The notes under the pieces are model-generated. The model was not told where the DNA came from and searched no databases. It worked only from the letters and a program-made list of their open reading frames with translations. Positions 28,846 through 39,342 of a DNA stretch of 64,000 bases are shown piece by piece (the stretch's first letter is position 1; every line of letters starts with the position of its first letter). The stretch spans positions 13,440 to 77,439 of the forward strand of contig JAYENL010000173.1 of NCBI GenBank assembly GCA_034722055.1, written 5' to 3'. The translations under genes and the position numbers were made by a program. Source of the DNA: Armatimonadota bacterium (lineage in GTDB: Bacteria; Armatimonadota; Zipacnadia; Zipacnadales; UBA5352).

Positions 28846-29511
28846 CTACCGGCCGAGGTGGCGGCTGAAGAAGTCAGCCGCCAGGTTGGCCACCTCCTCG
28901 AGCTTCCCCGGCTCCTCGAACAGGTGCCCAGCGCCGGCGACGACCTCCAGCTCCGTCTCCGCCGGGAGCTTCTCCATGGTGCGCCGGTTCAGCTCCAGCA
29001 CCTGCACGTCATTGCCGCCCACGATCAGCAGGATCGGCGTCTGAAGTTGACCGATGGCCTCGCCGGCCAGGTCCACCCGCCCACCACGGGAGACGATGGC
29101 TCTGATGTCATCCGCCTCCACGGCGCCGACCATGGCGGCCGCAGCGCCGGTGCTGGAGCCGAAGTACCCGACATCCAGGTCCCCCACCTGCGTCTCGGAC
29201 CGCAGCCACTCCGTCGCGGTCACCAGCCGACCACCCAGCAGGTGGATGTCGAACCTGTGCTCGCGCGTGACTATGTCCACGCGCTCCTCGTCCTCGGTGA
29301 GCAGGTCCATCAGCAGCGTAGCGAAGCCAGCCTCCTGCAGCACCTCGGCCACGAAGTTGTTGCGGGGGCTGTGCCGGCCGCTTCCGCTGCCGTGGGCGAA
29401 CAGCACTACGCCGTGCGGCTCCTCCGGCACCGCCAGGTTGCCGTAGGTCGGGCCCGCGTCGGTCTGGATCTCGACCTCTTGCTCGCGTGCGAGGCGCGTA
29501 TCTCCGCTCAT
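28846..29511 (-). CDS. Dienelactone hydrolase-family alpha/beta hydrolase
   Basis: FAHGSGSGRHSPRN, GYFGSSTGAAAA, SRGGR and AGHLFEEPG. Confidence 0.88.
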   Translation of the reverse strand: MSGDTRLAREQEVEIQTDAGPTYGNLAVPEEPHGVVLFAHGSGSGRHSPRNNFVAEVLQEAGFATLLMDLLTEDEERVDIVTREHRFDIHLLGGRLVTATEWLRSETQVGDLDVGYFGSSTGAAAAMVGAVEADDIRAIVSRGGRVDLAGEAIGQLQTPILLIVGGNDVQVLELNRRTMEKLPAETELEVVAGAGHLFEEPGKLEEVANLAADFFSRHLGR

Positions 29512-29699
29512 CGCCACCACCTCAATTCGTCGCTTCGACATCGCCGTCGCTTGTATCTTTGCGGCCCGCACCGCTCGGTCCTGCAACAGCCCCGGGTGCA
29601 CAGCAGGTCGCCGCACAGCTCCCGTGGCAGGTCCGGGCGCCAGGTTCGCGAATACCCCACCGGCGCAAGACCGCCACTCGATGACCTGGGAGGATTCAC

Positions 29700-32051
29700 G
29701 TGCAGAACCTGCAGATCACCGTCCGCGACATGAGCTCGCTCGATACGCTCAGGCCCGTGACGGGCGGCGTGCCCCTCGCCGAGGGCGCCGCGCCCCAGGG
29801 CAGCCGCTTCCGCCTCACGGACGCAGCCGGCGATCCCGTGCCGCTGCAGGCCGAGGTCATCGGCCGCTGGAAGGACGGCTCCGCGCGCTGGGTGCTGCTG
29901 GACTTCTCGGCCGCGCCGCCTGCCGATGGCGAGGAGGCCTGCTCGCTGACATGGGGCCAGGATGCCGGTCCCGAGCCCGACCTGTCCTGCGAGGCTGTGG
30001 GCGACGGGCTTCGCTGCGGGGACCTGACGCTCTCGAGCGACGGCCCGGGCCTGCTGAGCATCGGCGACAGGCTCGACGTGCACCTGCACGTGCTCGACGC
30101 GGAGGGAGCTGCCTGTTCCACGGAGGTGAGGTCGCTCGAGGTGGAGAGCGAGGGCCCCGTGCGGGCCACGCTGCAGCTCCGCGGCGACGTGGTGCATCCC
30201 GAGCGCGGCCGGTGGTTCAGCTTCAGGCTCAGAGCCTCGCTCTACGCCGGCCTGTCGCTGCTGCGCCTGGAGCCGATGGTCCTCATCGACGCCGAGAAGG
30301 GCGTCATGCAGCGCATCGGCGGCCTCTCCCTGCAGCTTGTGCCGCGGGCGGAGGTCGCCGGCGCCCGCATCGGCGGCGATCCCCGGTGGGAAGGCGACGC
30401 CCACGAGGGGGCGATGCTCTTCCAGCGCGACGACCAGCACTACCGCATCGGCGGTGGCGCCGAGGGCGACCGCGCGCCGGGCTGGATGGAGGCCGACACC
30501 GCCGACGGCTCCGTGGCAGTGGCGGTGCGCGACTTCTGGCAGCAGTGGCCGAAGGCGCTGGAGGTCTCCGACGACGGCCTCCGCGTCGGCCTGCTGCCGG
30601 AGTTCGAGCCGGGCGAGTTCGAGCACATGCAGCCATGGTGGAAGTACCAGTACCTCTTCGACGAGGGGGCCTATCTGCTGCGCACAGGCCAGGCCCGGCG
30701 GTGGGAGGTGTGGGTTGACCTGGAGGGCGACGGCGAGACGCTCTCGGGAGTAGCGGACCGGCCGCTGATTCCCATCGCCGATCCGGCGCAGGCCATCGCC
30801 ACCGGGGTGTGGGATGAGATCATGCCCGCCGGGATCCCGGAGATGAAGGCCTATGACGACTGGGCGGAGCGGCTGTTCGAGGCCTTCTGCGACTCCATCG
30901 ACGACCAGCGCGACTACGGCGTCATGAACTGGGGAGACTGGTACGGGGAGCGGAGGGTCAACTGGGGAAATCACGAGTACGACACCACGAACCAGCTTCT
31001 GATCCAGTTCGCGCGCACCGGCGACCCCCGCTACTTCTACGCCGCCGACGCCGCCGCCCGGCACTCCACGGAGGTGGACACCGTCCACCACGTCAACGAT
31101 GACCTGTCGGATCACTTCTGCGAGACCTCCGGGGGGCCGAAACGCGGGGAGGAGGGCGAGGAGCCGGCCTACCCCTACCGCGCCGGCATGGTCCACCAGC
31201 ACACCGTGGGCCATGTCAGCGGGTTCTTCTCGGTGGCGACCATCCGGGAGCTGTTCCTCGAGCACGAGGTGGGCCGCCCGCCCAACCCCTACCTGTGCCT
31301 GCAGCCCACGAACCTGGGGCACATCTGGACGCAGGGGACGATGCGCCACCACTTCCTCACCGGCGACCCCTTCATCCGCGAGACGGTGCTCACCATCGGA
31401 GAGAACCTGGCGCGACTGGTGGAGGACCGGCGCTTCCAGTTCATGGGCCACAGCCACTGCGGCCGCGTCACGGGCTGGAGCATGCTGGCGCTGGGCGGGG
31501 CCTACGAGATCGAGCTCGATGAGCGCTACCTGGACGCCATGCGAACGCTCGCCGAGGACGCCATGGCCGACCAGGATCCCAACTGCGGCGGTTGGCTCTA
31601 CTACCCTATGGCGCCGGGCCACTGCAACTGCGAGACGGAGCGGCACACGGGCATGGCGGGCTTCATCACCGCGGTGCTCATCAACGGCCTGTCGCGCTAC
31701 TACCAGCTCTCCGGCGATGAGCGCCTGCCGGAGTCCATCGATGCCGCGGTGACCTTCCTGGACCTGGACACCTGGCACGAGCACCCGCGGGGGTGGAGGT
31801 ACACGTCATGTCCCGGCACGGCCCTTCGGGGCGTGAATCAGCCGGGAGTCACCATGATGGCGCACGTCAACGGGGCGCGATTCGGCAACAGCCTCGAGCA
31901 CCTGCGCATCCTGCGGCTGGCGTGGGAGGAGAAGTTCAGGCGGCTGCTGGAGGACATGCCGCGCGGGCCGGGCTTCGGCAAGTCCTGGACCAGCACCATG
32001 TACGGCTGCGCCGAGACCGCCAGCATCCTGGCGCGGCACCCCGAGGGCTGA
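29700..32051 (+). CDS. YetA/PcRGLX-like exo-rhamnogalacturonan lyase-type protein
   Basis: PVTGGVPL, WKDGSARWVLLDF, RDFWQQWPK, YGVMNWGD, WGNHEYD and ARHSTEVD. Confidence 0.7.
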   Translation: MQNLQITVRDMSSLDTLRPVTGGVPLAEGAAPQGSRFRLTDAAGDPVPLQAEVIGRWKDGSARWVLLDFSAAPPADGEEACSLTWGQDAGPEPDLSCEAVGDGLRCGDLTLSSDGPGLLSIGDRLDVHLHVLDAEGAACSTEVRSLEVESEGPVRATLQLRGDVVHPERGRWFSFRLRASLYAGLSLLRLEPMVLIDAEKGVMQRIGGLSLQLVPRAEVAGARIGGDPRWEGDAHEGAMLFQRDDQHYRIGGGAEGDRAPGWMEADTADGSVAVAVRDFWQQWPKALEVSDDGLRVGLLPEFEPGEFEHMQPWWKYQYLFDEGAYLLRTGQARRWEVWVDLEGDGETLSGVADRPLIPIADPAQAIATGVWDEIMPAGIPEMKAYDDWAERLFEAFCDSIDDQRDYGVMNWGDWYGERRVNWGNHEYDTTNQLLIQFARTGDPRYFYAADAAARHSTEVDTVHHVNDDLSDHFCETSGGPKRGEEGEEPAYPYRAGMVHQHTVGHVSGFFSVATIRELFLEHEVGRPPNPYLCLQPTNLGHIWTQGTMRHHFLTGDPFIRETVLTIGENLARLVEDRRFQFMGHSHCGRVTGWSMLALGGAYEIELDERYLDAMRTLAEDAMADQDPNCGGWLYYPMAPGHCNCETERHTGMAGFITAVLINGLSRYYQLSGDERLPESIDAAVTFLDLDTWHEHPRGWRYTSCPGTALRGVNQPGVTMMAHVNGARFGNSLEHLRILRLAWEEKFRRLLEDMPRGPGFGKSWTSTMYGCAETASILARHPEG

Positions 32052-32089
32052 TGCGCATGGCTTACCTCTACCTTCATCGTGGCGAGCGG

Positions 32090-32273
32090 CGATGCACGCC
32101 CTCTGTCGTGCGGAGGGGCCGTCTGAGGCTCCAGGTCGTCTGCTGGAGCCGAAGCCGGCCCGCCCGTTGTTTCGCCTGTAGCCCGCGGGCCTTCGTGCGC
32201 TCTGCGGAGCGCCCTCAGGCGGTCCCTCCCACGGCAAACGACCCTCGGGCAACCCTGAGGCTAACGTGCATCG
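32090..32273 (+). other. Highly structured intergenic element (REPIN-like or ncRNA)
   Basis: Nested inverted repeats 32090-98/32265-73 and 32112-28/32213-29 plus internal hairpins. Confidence 0.5.
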
Positions 32274-32378
32274 ACGGAGCTCAACGGCGGCGGGCTGGGA
32301 GCCTGCGTCACCTACAGCCAGGACTCAGGGCCCGCCTCGGCGTATCCTTTACTGGCATCGGGGAGGAAGCTGAGAGCA

Positions 32379-33746
32379 ATGAACGCGGACGACCGATTCG
32401 TGATCATCGGAGCCGGGCCGGCGGGTATCAGCGCCGCCATCACCGCCATCAACCGGGGCTTCCCCCCGGAGCGGATCACGCTGGTGGAGAAGGGCCAGCG
32501 GCATGATCCCAGCCGCGTCTCGGGGTTCGGAGGCGCGGGCGCCAACAGCGACGGCAAGCTGGTGCTGGAGACCGAGATCGGGGGGGAGCTTGCCTCCTAC
32601 GTCAGCGCCGACATACCCCAGCTTCTGGACCAGGTCCTGGAGCTTTACCTGGGCTTTCTGGAGTCCCCGGAGCGAGAGACCTATCAGCAGATGCGCGGCA
32701 GATTCCGCGACCCCACCGCCGAGGCCCAGATCCAGCGGGCAAGCATTCGGGCGGGGCTGGAGTTCATCCCCGCCGACATCATCCCCCTCGGCACCAGCAC
32801 CTGCCACCGCATCGTGGACGCCTGGCACGACTTCCTCACCGAGCGCGGCGCCCGCGTGCTGCTGGAGACGAAGGTCACGCACTTCGCGCCCGGCGACGGA
32901 GCCTGGCTGCTCTCGTGCCACGACGGCCAGGAGCTGAGGGGCCGGTGGCTGCTGGTGGCGCCCGGCCGCAGCGGGCACGACTTCCTGGTTCGAACGCTGG
33001 GCGAGAACCACCTCGACACCATCAACGGGCCCATCGACGTCGGCGTCCGGGTGGAGACCGACGCGAATCTGACCCAGCCGCTCACCGACGCCACCTACGA
33101 GTTCAAGCTGCGCGGCCTGATCGAGGGCGAGCGGGTGCGCACGTTCTGCGTCTGCCCCCAGGGCTCGGTGCTGGTGGAGCGATACGACGCCGACCTGCTC
33201 GCCGTCAACGGCCAGACGCGGCCGGAGAGCCCCACCGGGCGCACCAACTTCGCGATCCTGCACACCATCAGCCTCAACGAGCCATGCCACTCCCCCAATC
33301 AATACGCCCAGCTCTACATCCGCACCGCCAACATCCTGGGGGCGAAGAACCCCATCGTGCAGGTCTGGCCCAACTTCGCCCAGCGGCGGCGGTCGCGGTG
33401 GAGCGACCTGAGGAAGTGCTTCGTCGATCCCACGCTGGAGCGAGCCCTGCCCGGCGACATCCGACTGGCGCTCAACGCCAAGTCGTGCCGGGTCCTGGAG
33501 GCCTTCATGCACGCCCTGGACAGCGACGGGCTGCTGGAGGGGCTGTGCAGCAACCGCACGCTGATGTACGCGCCGGAGGCCAAGCTCTACACCGTCCGCC
33601 CGGCGGAGCTGACCGAGCATCTGGAATCCGAGCGTGAGAACCTCTTCTTCGCCGGCGACGGGGCGGGCATCACCCGCGGACTCGTGCAGGCCTCCGCCAG
33701 CGGCATGCTCGTCGGTCGGGAGGTGGCCCGCCGCGCGGCGCAATAG
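32379..33746 (+). CDS. FAD-dependent oxidoreductase (uncharacterised FAD-dependent dehydrogenase family)
   Basis: IIGAGPAG, GFGGAGANSDGKL, DVGVRVE, VRTFCVCPQG and GDGAGITRGL. Confidence 0.88.
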   Translation: MNADDRFVIIGAGPAGISAAITAINRGFPPERITLVEKGQRHDPSRVSGFGGAGANSDGKLVLETEIGGELASYVSADIPQLLDQVLELYLGFLESPERETYQQMRGRFRDPTAEAQIQRASIRAGLEFIPADIIPLGTSTCHRIVDAWHDFLTERGARVLLETKVTHFAPGDGAWLLSCHDGQELRGRWLLVAPGRSGHDFLVRTLGENHLDTINGPIDVGVRVETDANLTQPLTDATYEFKLRGLIEGERVRTFCVCPQGSVLVERYDADLLAVNGQTRPESPTGRTNFAILHTISLNEPCHSPNQYAQLYIRTANILGAKNPIVQVWPNFAQRRRSRWSDLRKCFVDPTLERALPGDIRLALNAKSCRVLEAFMHALDSDGLLEGLCSNRTLMYAPEAKLYTVRPAELTEHLESERENLFFAGDGAGITRGLVQASASGMLVGREVARRAAQ

Positions 33747-33823
33747 CAGCGCCCCCGTTCCGTACACAGAGCGAGGGCGAGCCGTCGGGGCTCGCCCTCG
33801 ATGGTGCCGGGGGTCGGTGATGT

Positions 33824-34618
33824 CTACTGCCGGCCCTGCTCGCCGCCTTCATCCGCGCCCGCGGTGTCCTCTGCGGCCGCCTCCTCAGCGGGCGGCACCG
33901 GCTTGGTGGTCACGGCCTCGGTGTTCTCCTGGTGCTGCTGGTAGCGCTGGCTGTCGCGATAGCGCTTGAGCTCGTCGAGGAGCGTGGTCAGGCGGCTGAT
34001 GAGCTGGTCGAGCATATCGTCGCCGACGATGGCCTCGTAGACCTCGAACTCCCCCAGCTCCACCGCGAAGTCCGAGCCCCAGTTGCTGGTGATATCCAGC
34101 TTCACCCACCTGGCCTCCACCGACGTGAAGTCGAAGGTCTGCTTGATGCCGCGGCGCACCACGACGTAGCTGCCCACCTCCTTGTAGGGCCCATCCACGC
34201 TCTCGGTGGAGACCGAAATGCGGATGTTCTTGGCCCAGCGGCCCAGGAACTCGGGGTCATCGGTGGTGGGATCGACCACCGCCCTGCTGATCAGCCGCCG
34301 CTGGGGCAGCTCGAAGATGATCCACTCCGGCACGTCAGGGGAGGGCACGCCTTGGCTACGCCATCCGTAGGAGTCCGCCGGGGTGTGCGAGCCGACGACG
34401 TACTTGCCGTCGATGAGGTTCGTGACGGCCCACTTGTCGATGGGCTGGCCGTTCTCGTCCACGGCCTGGCTGGAGTACTTGGCGATGCTCCCGCCGTTCC
34501 CGGCGGCCACCAGATTCGTGGTGCCGGCCACGGTCGGTCCAGCCCACAGCGGGCCGGCCCCTACGAGCATCAACGCCATGGTCAGTGCCACACCCGTGTG
34601 CATCCGCGCACGCCTCAT
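33824..34618 (-). CDS. Secreted discoidin (F5/8 type C) domain protein
   Basis: Signal peptide, NLIDG, EWIIFEL and ARWVKLDITSNWG...LGEFEVY. Confidence 0.75.
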   Translation of the reverse strand: MRRARMHTGVALTMALMLVGAGPLWAGPTVAGTTNLVAAGNGGSIAKYSSQAVDENGQPIDKWAVTNLIDGKYVVGSHTPADSYGWRSQGVPSPDVPEWIIFELPQRRLISRAVVDPTTDDPEFLGRWAKNIRISVSTESVDGPYKEVGSYVVVRRGIKQTFDFTSVEARWVKLDITSNWGSDFAVELGEFEVYEAIVGDDMLDQLISRLTTLLDELKRYRDSQRYQQHQENTEAVTTKPVPPAEEAAAEDTAGADEGGEQGRQ

Positions 34619-34647
34619 GATCGAGTCTCTCCTTCGCATCCGGGCGC

Positions 34648-36558
34648 CTACTCCGTCCGCTCGGCGCCCTCCTTGACCTGCCTGGTCTCCTCGAAGACGG
34701 TGACCCCCTCATGGCGTACCTCAATGGTCACTGTCCCCCGGGCCTGGAGACGTACCGTGTTCGTCTCCCCCGGCTGCATGGTCCAGGCGCCCGCTATCAG
34801 GGTCGCGCCGGTCTCGTCGCGATAGCTGACCTCCACCTCTTGATCCGAGGTCTCACCCATCGCCACGACCTGCACGCTGAACTCGCGGAGCTGGGGCTGA
34901 TCCGGCTTGTAGCCCTCCGTCTCCTCCACATAGACGCGGGGCGTGACCAGCTCGCGCCGCTCCCCGGCCTCGCCACCACCTTCGACAGTCTCCTCCAACG
35001 CCGGTTGCGTCTCCTCATCGCCCGGCTCCTCGTCGCCGCCTTCCTCGGGCTGCTCCTCCTCCGGGCCCTTGGAGACCGAGACGTCGATGGGAGTGCCCGT
35101 ATCCACGCGCGTGCCGGGCTTCGGCTCCTGGTCGAAGATAACGCCCGCGGGTTCGGTCTCGTGGAAGTACTCCTCCGCCTCGCCAAGCGTGAGGTTGGCC
35201 GCCTCCAGCAGAGCCTGTGCCCGCTCCGGGCGGGTGCCCACCACATCGATCACCGAGACCGTCTGCTTGCCCCGGTTGACCCACAGGTCGATCGCCGTCC
35301 CGGACTGAACGGTCTGCCCCGGCTCGGGCGACTGCTCGGTGACCCTGCCCACCGGCTGCAGGTCATTGTACTCGTGCTCGATGCGACCCATGGCCAGCCC
35401 CCGCTCCTCGATGTCCTCTCGGGCCTGTTGCTCGGTGAGCCCCTTGACATTGGGGACCTCCACCATGGTGGGACCGGTGTGAGGGTAGAAGGCGGCCTTC
35501 ACCAGCCAGACGACCGCCACGATGACCAGCAGCGCCAGCAGCCCCACGCCCACCCCGGCCATGGCCGTGCCGGCGGCGCTGGAGGCGGCCTCCTCCCGCC
35601 GCTGAGCGGCCGCCGGCCGTGAGGGAGCCGCCGCTGGCTCCTCCTGCGCCGCCCGCCTGGGCCGAGACGGCTCCGCGCTCCGCGGCAGAGGCACGGTGGC
35701 CTCGGGAGAGGCCTCCAGGACGCCGGTCTGGTCCAGGTCCACGCCGCGCTCGAGCTTGTGAACGTCGGTCAGCATCGTCTCCGCGGACCGATAGCGCCGC
35801 TGCGGGTCGCGGGCCATGGCCTTCATGATGACGTACTCGGCGGCCGGCGGAATCTCGGGGTTGATCTCCCGGGGGGAGGGCGGGCTCTCGCGCAGATGCT
35901 GTGCCGCGATGTCCGCCGCCGTCTCCCCGCCGAAGGGCAGCCGCCCCGTGAGGGCCTCATACAGCGTGACCCCCAGCGAGTAGATGTCCGAGAGCGGGCC
36001 GGCGCGCGCCCCCTGAGCCTGCTCGGGGGAGATGTAGTGGGCCGAGCCCAGGACCTTGCCGTCGTCGGTCAGCCCCGTCTCGCCGGCGGCGGCGGCGATG
36101 CCAAAATCGGAGAGCTTGGCGCGGCCGTCATCGGTGAACAGCACGTTGTGCGGCTTGACGTCCCGGTGCACCAGGCCCTGACGGTGGGCGTAGGCCAGCG
36201 CCTGGCAGCAGGCCTCCGCGACCTCGATGACCTTGTCCAGCGGCAGGGGCGCGTAGCGCTTGATGATCTCCTTCAGGTTCAGCTCCGGCAGGTACTCCAT
36301 GACGATGTAGTAGCGCCCATCGTCCACCCCCGTGTCGTAGATCTGGACGATGTTGGGGTGGTTGAGCTTGGCCGCCGCGTGGGCCTCCCGCCGGAAGCGC
36401 GCCACCACGTCCTCGCGGTCGCTCAGCTCCGGGCGGAGTACCTTTATGGCGACGCGCCGGTCGAGGGTGGTGTCGGTGCCGCGGTAGACTCGCGCCACCC
36501 CGCCCTCGCCGATCAGCGTCTCAATGCGGTATCGATCGGCGATCATGGTGCCCTCCAC
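34648..36558 (-). CDS. pknB: PASTA-domain Ser/Thr protein kinase
   Basis: IGEGGVARVY, VAIKVL, HRDVKPHN, DFGIA, TM helix, two PASTA repeats; alternative start 36546. Confidence 0.92.
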   Translation of the reverse strand: MEGTMIADRYRIETLIGEGGVARVYRGTDTTLDRRVAIKVLRPELSDREDVVARFRREAHAAAKLNHPNIVQIYDTGVDDGRYYIVMEYLPELNLKEIIKRYAPLPLDKVIEVAEACCQALAYAHRQGLVHRDVKPHNVLFTDDGRAKLSDFGIAAAAGETGLTDDGKVLGSAHYISPEQAQGARAGPLSDIYSLGVTLYEALTGRLPFGGETAADIAAQHLRESPPSPREINPEIPPAAEYVIMKAMARDPQRRYRSAETMLTDVHKLERGVDLDQTGVLEASPEATVPLPRSAEPSRPRRAAQEEPAAAPSRPAAAQRREEAASSAAGTAMAGVGVGLLALLVIVAVVWLVKAAFYPHTGPTMVEVPNVKGLTEQQAREDIEERGLAMGRIEHEYNDLQPVGRVTEQSPEPGQTVQSGTAIDLWVNRGKQTVSVIDVVGTRPERAQALLEAANLTLGEAEEYFHETEPAGVIFDQEPKPGTRVDTGTPIDVSVSKGPEEEQPEEGGDEEPGDEETQPALEETVEGGGEAGERRELVTPRVYVEETEGYKPDQPQLREFSVQVVAMGETSDQEVEVSYRDETGATLIAGAWTMQPGETNTVRLQARGTVTIEVRHEGVTVFEETRQVKEGAERTE

Positions 36559-36583
36559 CGCCGGATCACCTCCAGTCGCACAG

Positions 36584-37984
36584 CTATCTGACCCCCGCCC
36601 TGTGCAGCAGATGGGCCATGACCTCGCGGGCGATGGGGGCCGCCGCCTCCGAGCCGGCGCCGGCGTTCTCCACCACCACCGTCACCACCACCCCCGGCCG
36701 CTCCACGGGCGCGAAGCCGGTGAACCACGAGTGCGGGGCGCCCTCCGGATTCTCGGCCGAGCCGGTCTTGCCGGCCACCGTCACGCCCCGGATCTGCGCC
36801 ACGGTCCCCGTCCCCTCTTCCACAACGTTCGTCATCATCCCTGCCAGCGTCTGGGCCGTCTCCGCGCTCACCGCCCGGCCCAGCTCACGGGCCCGGGCCT
36901 GCGCCACGGTCCGGCCGGTCGGCGACACCACGCGCTCGACGATGTAGGGCTCCAGCACCTGCCCCCCGTTGGCGATGGCCAGCGTCATGCGCGCGATGCC
37001 CAGGGGAGTCACCTGCGCCTGGCCCTGCCCGAAGGCGGTCTCCGCCAGCAGGACCTCCGAGTCCCTATCCGCGAGGTCACCGAGGCCGCCGCTGCGGGAG
37101 GGCATGGGCAGTGAGGCCGGCTCGGTGAGGGCAAAGCGCTGCGCGTAGTCCACCAGCTCCTCACTCACCAGATACTCCGCCATGCGCGCGAAGGTGGTGT
37201 TGCACGACACCTGCAGCGCCTCGTCGAGCGTCACGGTTCCGTGCGCCCGCGGGCAGTGGATCTCGGCACCCTTGATCTCAAGCTCGCCGGTGCACTCGAA
37301 CCGCGTGTCGCGGTTGACCCGACCCAGGTCCAGCACCGCCGCGGCGGTGAGGACCTTCAGCACCGATCCCGGCGGATACAGGCCCATCAGCGCCCGGTTG
37401 TACTCCGGGGTGTTGGGGTCCTCCTGGAAGAGCTTGAAGTCCCACGCGCTCTCCAGGATGGCCTGGGGATCGTAGGCCGGCGCGCTGACCAGAGCCAGGA
37501 CCGCGCCGGTATGCCCGCCCAGCGCCACCACCGCGCCGCGGTGCCCCCGCAGCAGCCTCGTCGCCCGCTTCTGGGCGTCGAGGTCCACCGTCAGCACCAC
37601 GTCATTGCCCTGCAACGGACCCTCCACGAACTCCGCCCAGGGCTTCTCGTAGCGCCCCACGTTGAGGAAGGCGTCCCGGAGGCCGCGCTGCAGCCCGCTC
37701 TTCGTGTTGTAGCCGGTCAGGTGGCAGACGTACTCGCCCGCGGGGTAGGTGCGCTCCCACCCCCGGGGCGTCTCCTCCGCGCCCAGCAGCAGCTCGCTGT
37801 CCGAGTCGTACATCCTCCCCGGCTCAGTGGCCCGGAGGCGGTCCTCAGCGCGACTGTTGTACTCGTCAGCACGCAGCTCCGGCGCCCGCAGCACCTGCCA
37901 GTAGCCAAGGTGCAGGCACAGGACTGCGAAGCCCACGGCGGGGACCAGAGCCACTCGTTTGATGTCGCGCGAGAGCTGTCTCAT
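36584..37984 (-). CDS. pbpA: Class B penicillin-binding protein
   Basis: SxxK (PGSVLK), SCN and KTG motifs; adjacent to rodA. Confidence 0.88.
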   Translation of the reverse strand: MRQLSRDIKRVALVPAVGFAVLCLHLGYWQVLRAPELRADEYNSRAEDRLRATEPGRMYDSDSELLLGAEETPRGWERTYPAGEYVCHLTGYNTKSGLQRGLRDAFLNVGRYEKPWAEFVEGPLQGNDVVLTVDLDAQKRATRLLRGHRGAVVALGGHTGAVLALVSAPAYDPQAILESAWDFKLFQEDPNTPEYNRALMGLYPPGSVLKVLTAAAVLDLGRVNRDTRFECTGELEIKGAEIHCPRAHGTVTLDEALQVSCNTTFARMAEYLVSEELVDYAQRFALTEPASLPMPSRSGGLGDLADRDSEVLLAETAFGQGQAQVTPLGIARMTLAIANGGQVLEPYIVERVVSPTGRTVAQARARELGRAVSAETAQTLAGMMTNVVEEGTGTVAQIRGVTVAGKTGSAENPEGAPHSWFTGFAPVERPGVVVTVVVENAGAGSEAAAPIAREVMAHLLHRAGVR

Positions 37985-37987
37985 GGA

Positions 37988-39295
37988 TCAGTGCTCCGAG
38001 CGCAGTCCGTGTGGAATGCAGTCACGGGAGACCGCCAGCAGCAGAGCCAGCGCGATGAAGTTCACCACCACGGAGGTGCCCCCGTAGCTCATGAACGGGA
38101 GGGTGATCCCCGTCAGGGGGATCAGCTTGGTGACGCCACCGATGATCACCAGCGTCTGCAGCGAGAAGACCACCGCCAGCCCCGCCGCCAGCAGTGCGCC
38201 GAAGCTGTCGGTGGCCTGCCAGGCAATGCTGAACGAGCGGTGGGCGGCCAGGGCGAACAGCAGGACGATGGCCACGGCGCCGGCCAGTCCCAGCTGCTGG
38301 GCGCCGACGGCGAAGATCAGGTCGGTGGTGGCGGCCGGGATGCTGCCGCCACCTCCAGTGGCGAATCCCGTTCCCAGCAGGCCACCCTCCGCCAGCGCGA
38401 AGAGGCTCTGCAGGATCTGGTAGCCGCCCTCCGTCGGCTCCAGCCAGGGGTTGGCCCACATGTCCACACGGGTGCGGACGTGCGGGAACCAGAGGTAGGC
38501 GCCGACCCCTCCGGCCACGAACAGCACCAGCGCCACCGCCGCGTAGCTCTTGTGGCCGGTGGCCAGATACGTCATGGCCACGAAGAGGCCGAAGAACAGC
38601 ACCGCCGCCCCCAGGTCCCGCTGTCCCACGAAGATGGTCAGCGAGAAGACGACCATCAGCACCAGGGGGGCGATGTGCCGCAAGCGGGGCATCTGAAGGC
38701 CCGCCACCCTCCGGGTGTCCTCCCGCAACAGCTCCGCGCGCTCCGCGACGTAGCCGGCCAGAAAGATGCACATCAGGACCTTCACCAGCTCCGTGGGCTG
38801 GAAGGTGATCAGCGGGCGCAGACCCAGTCCGGGGGGCGGTATCGACAGCCACAGCCGCGCCCCGCCCCTCTCCACGCCGAAGGCCAGCGTCAGTCCCACC
38901 AGCAGCAGCGCCAGCACGCCGCTGGTGTACTTCAGCCGAGCCAGGTCGCGCACGTCCTCGATGAGGTAGTAGACGGCCACCATGATCCCCGAGCCGGTCA
39001 GCATCCACACGATCTGCCGGGACGCGGAGCGCTCGTCGAGCTGCCACAGCAGCAGAAAGCCCAGCCCGGAGATGACCGCCACAAGCGGCAGCAGCCAGCG
39101 GTCGCGGCGGGGATCGGCCAGGTCCAGCATCAACGCCCCGGCGATGATCCCGCCCACCACCGAGAGCCCCCGGGTCAGCCGCCAGACCGGGTAGCCCATC
39201 CCCAGGCACACCAGCGCCCCACCCTCCGCCACCAGGGCCGCGGCGAACAGAAGCAGCAGCAGCTCTGTGCGTCGGCGCTGCAGAATCGATCTCAC
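37988..39295 (-). CDS. rodA: SEDS family peptidoglycan glycosyltransferase
   Basis: FQPTELVK, QRDLGA, TDLIF and PLTGITLPFMSYGGTS. Confidence 0.88.
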   Translation of the reverse strand: MRSILQRRRTELLLLLFAAALVAEGGALVCLGMGYPVWRLTRGLSVVGGIIAGALMLDLADPRRDRWLLPLVAVISGLGFLLLWQLDERSASRQIVWMLTGSGIMVAVYYLIEDVRDLARLKYTSGVLALLLVGLTLAFGVERGGARLWLSIPPPGLGLRPLITFQPTELVKVLMCIFLAGYVAERAELLREDTRRVAGLQMPRLRHIAPLVLMVVFSLTIFVGQRDLGAAVLFFGLFVAMTYLATGHKSYAAVALVLFVAGGVGAYLWFPHVRTRVDMWANPWLEPTEGGYQILQSLFALAEGGLLGTGFATGGGGSIPAATTDLIFAVGAQQLGLAGAVAIVLLFALAAHRSFSIAWQATDSFGALLAAGLAVVFSLQTLVIIGGVTKLIPLTGITLPFMSYGGTSVVVNFIALALLLAVSRDCIPHGLRSEH

Positions 39296-39342
39296 CTCAA
39301 AGGGGCAGGAAGCGGCGCGCGCCCCGACAGGCCGGGCGGCCC

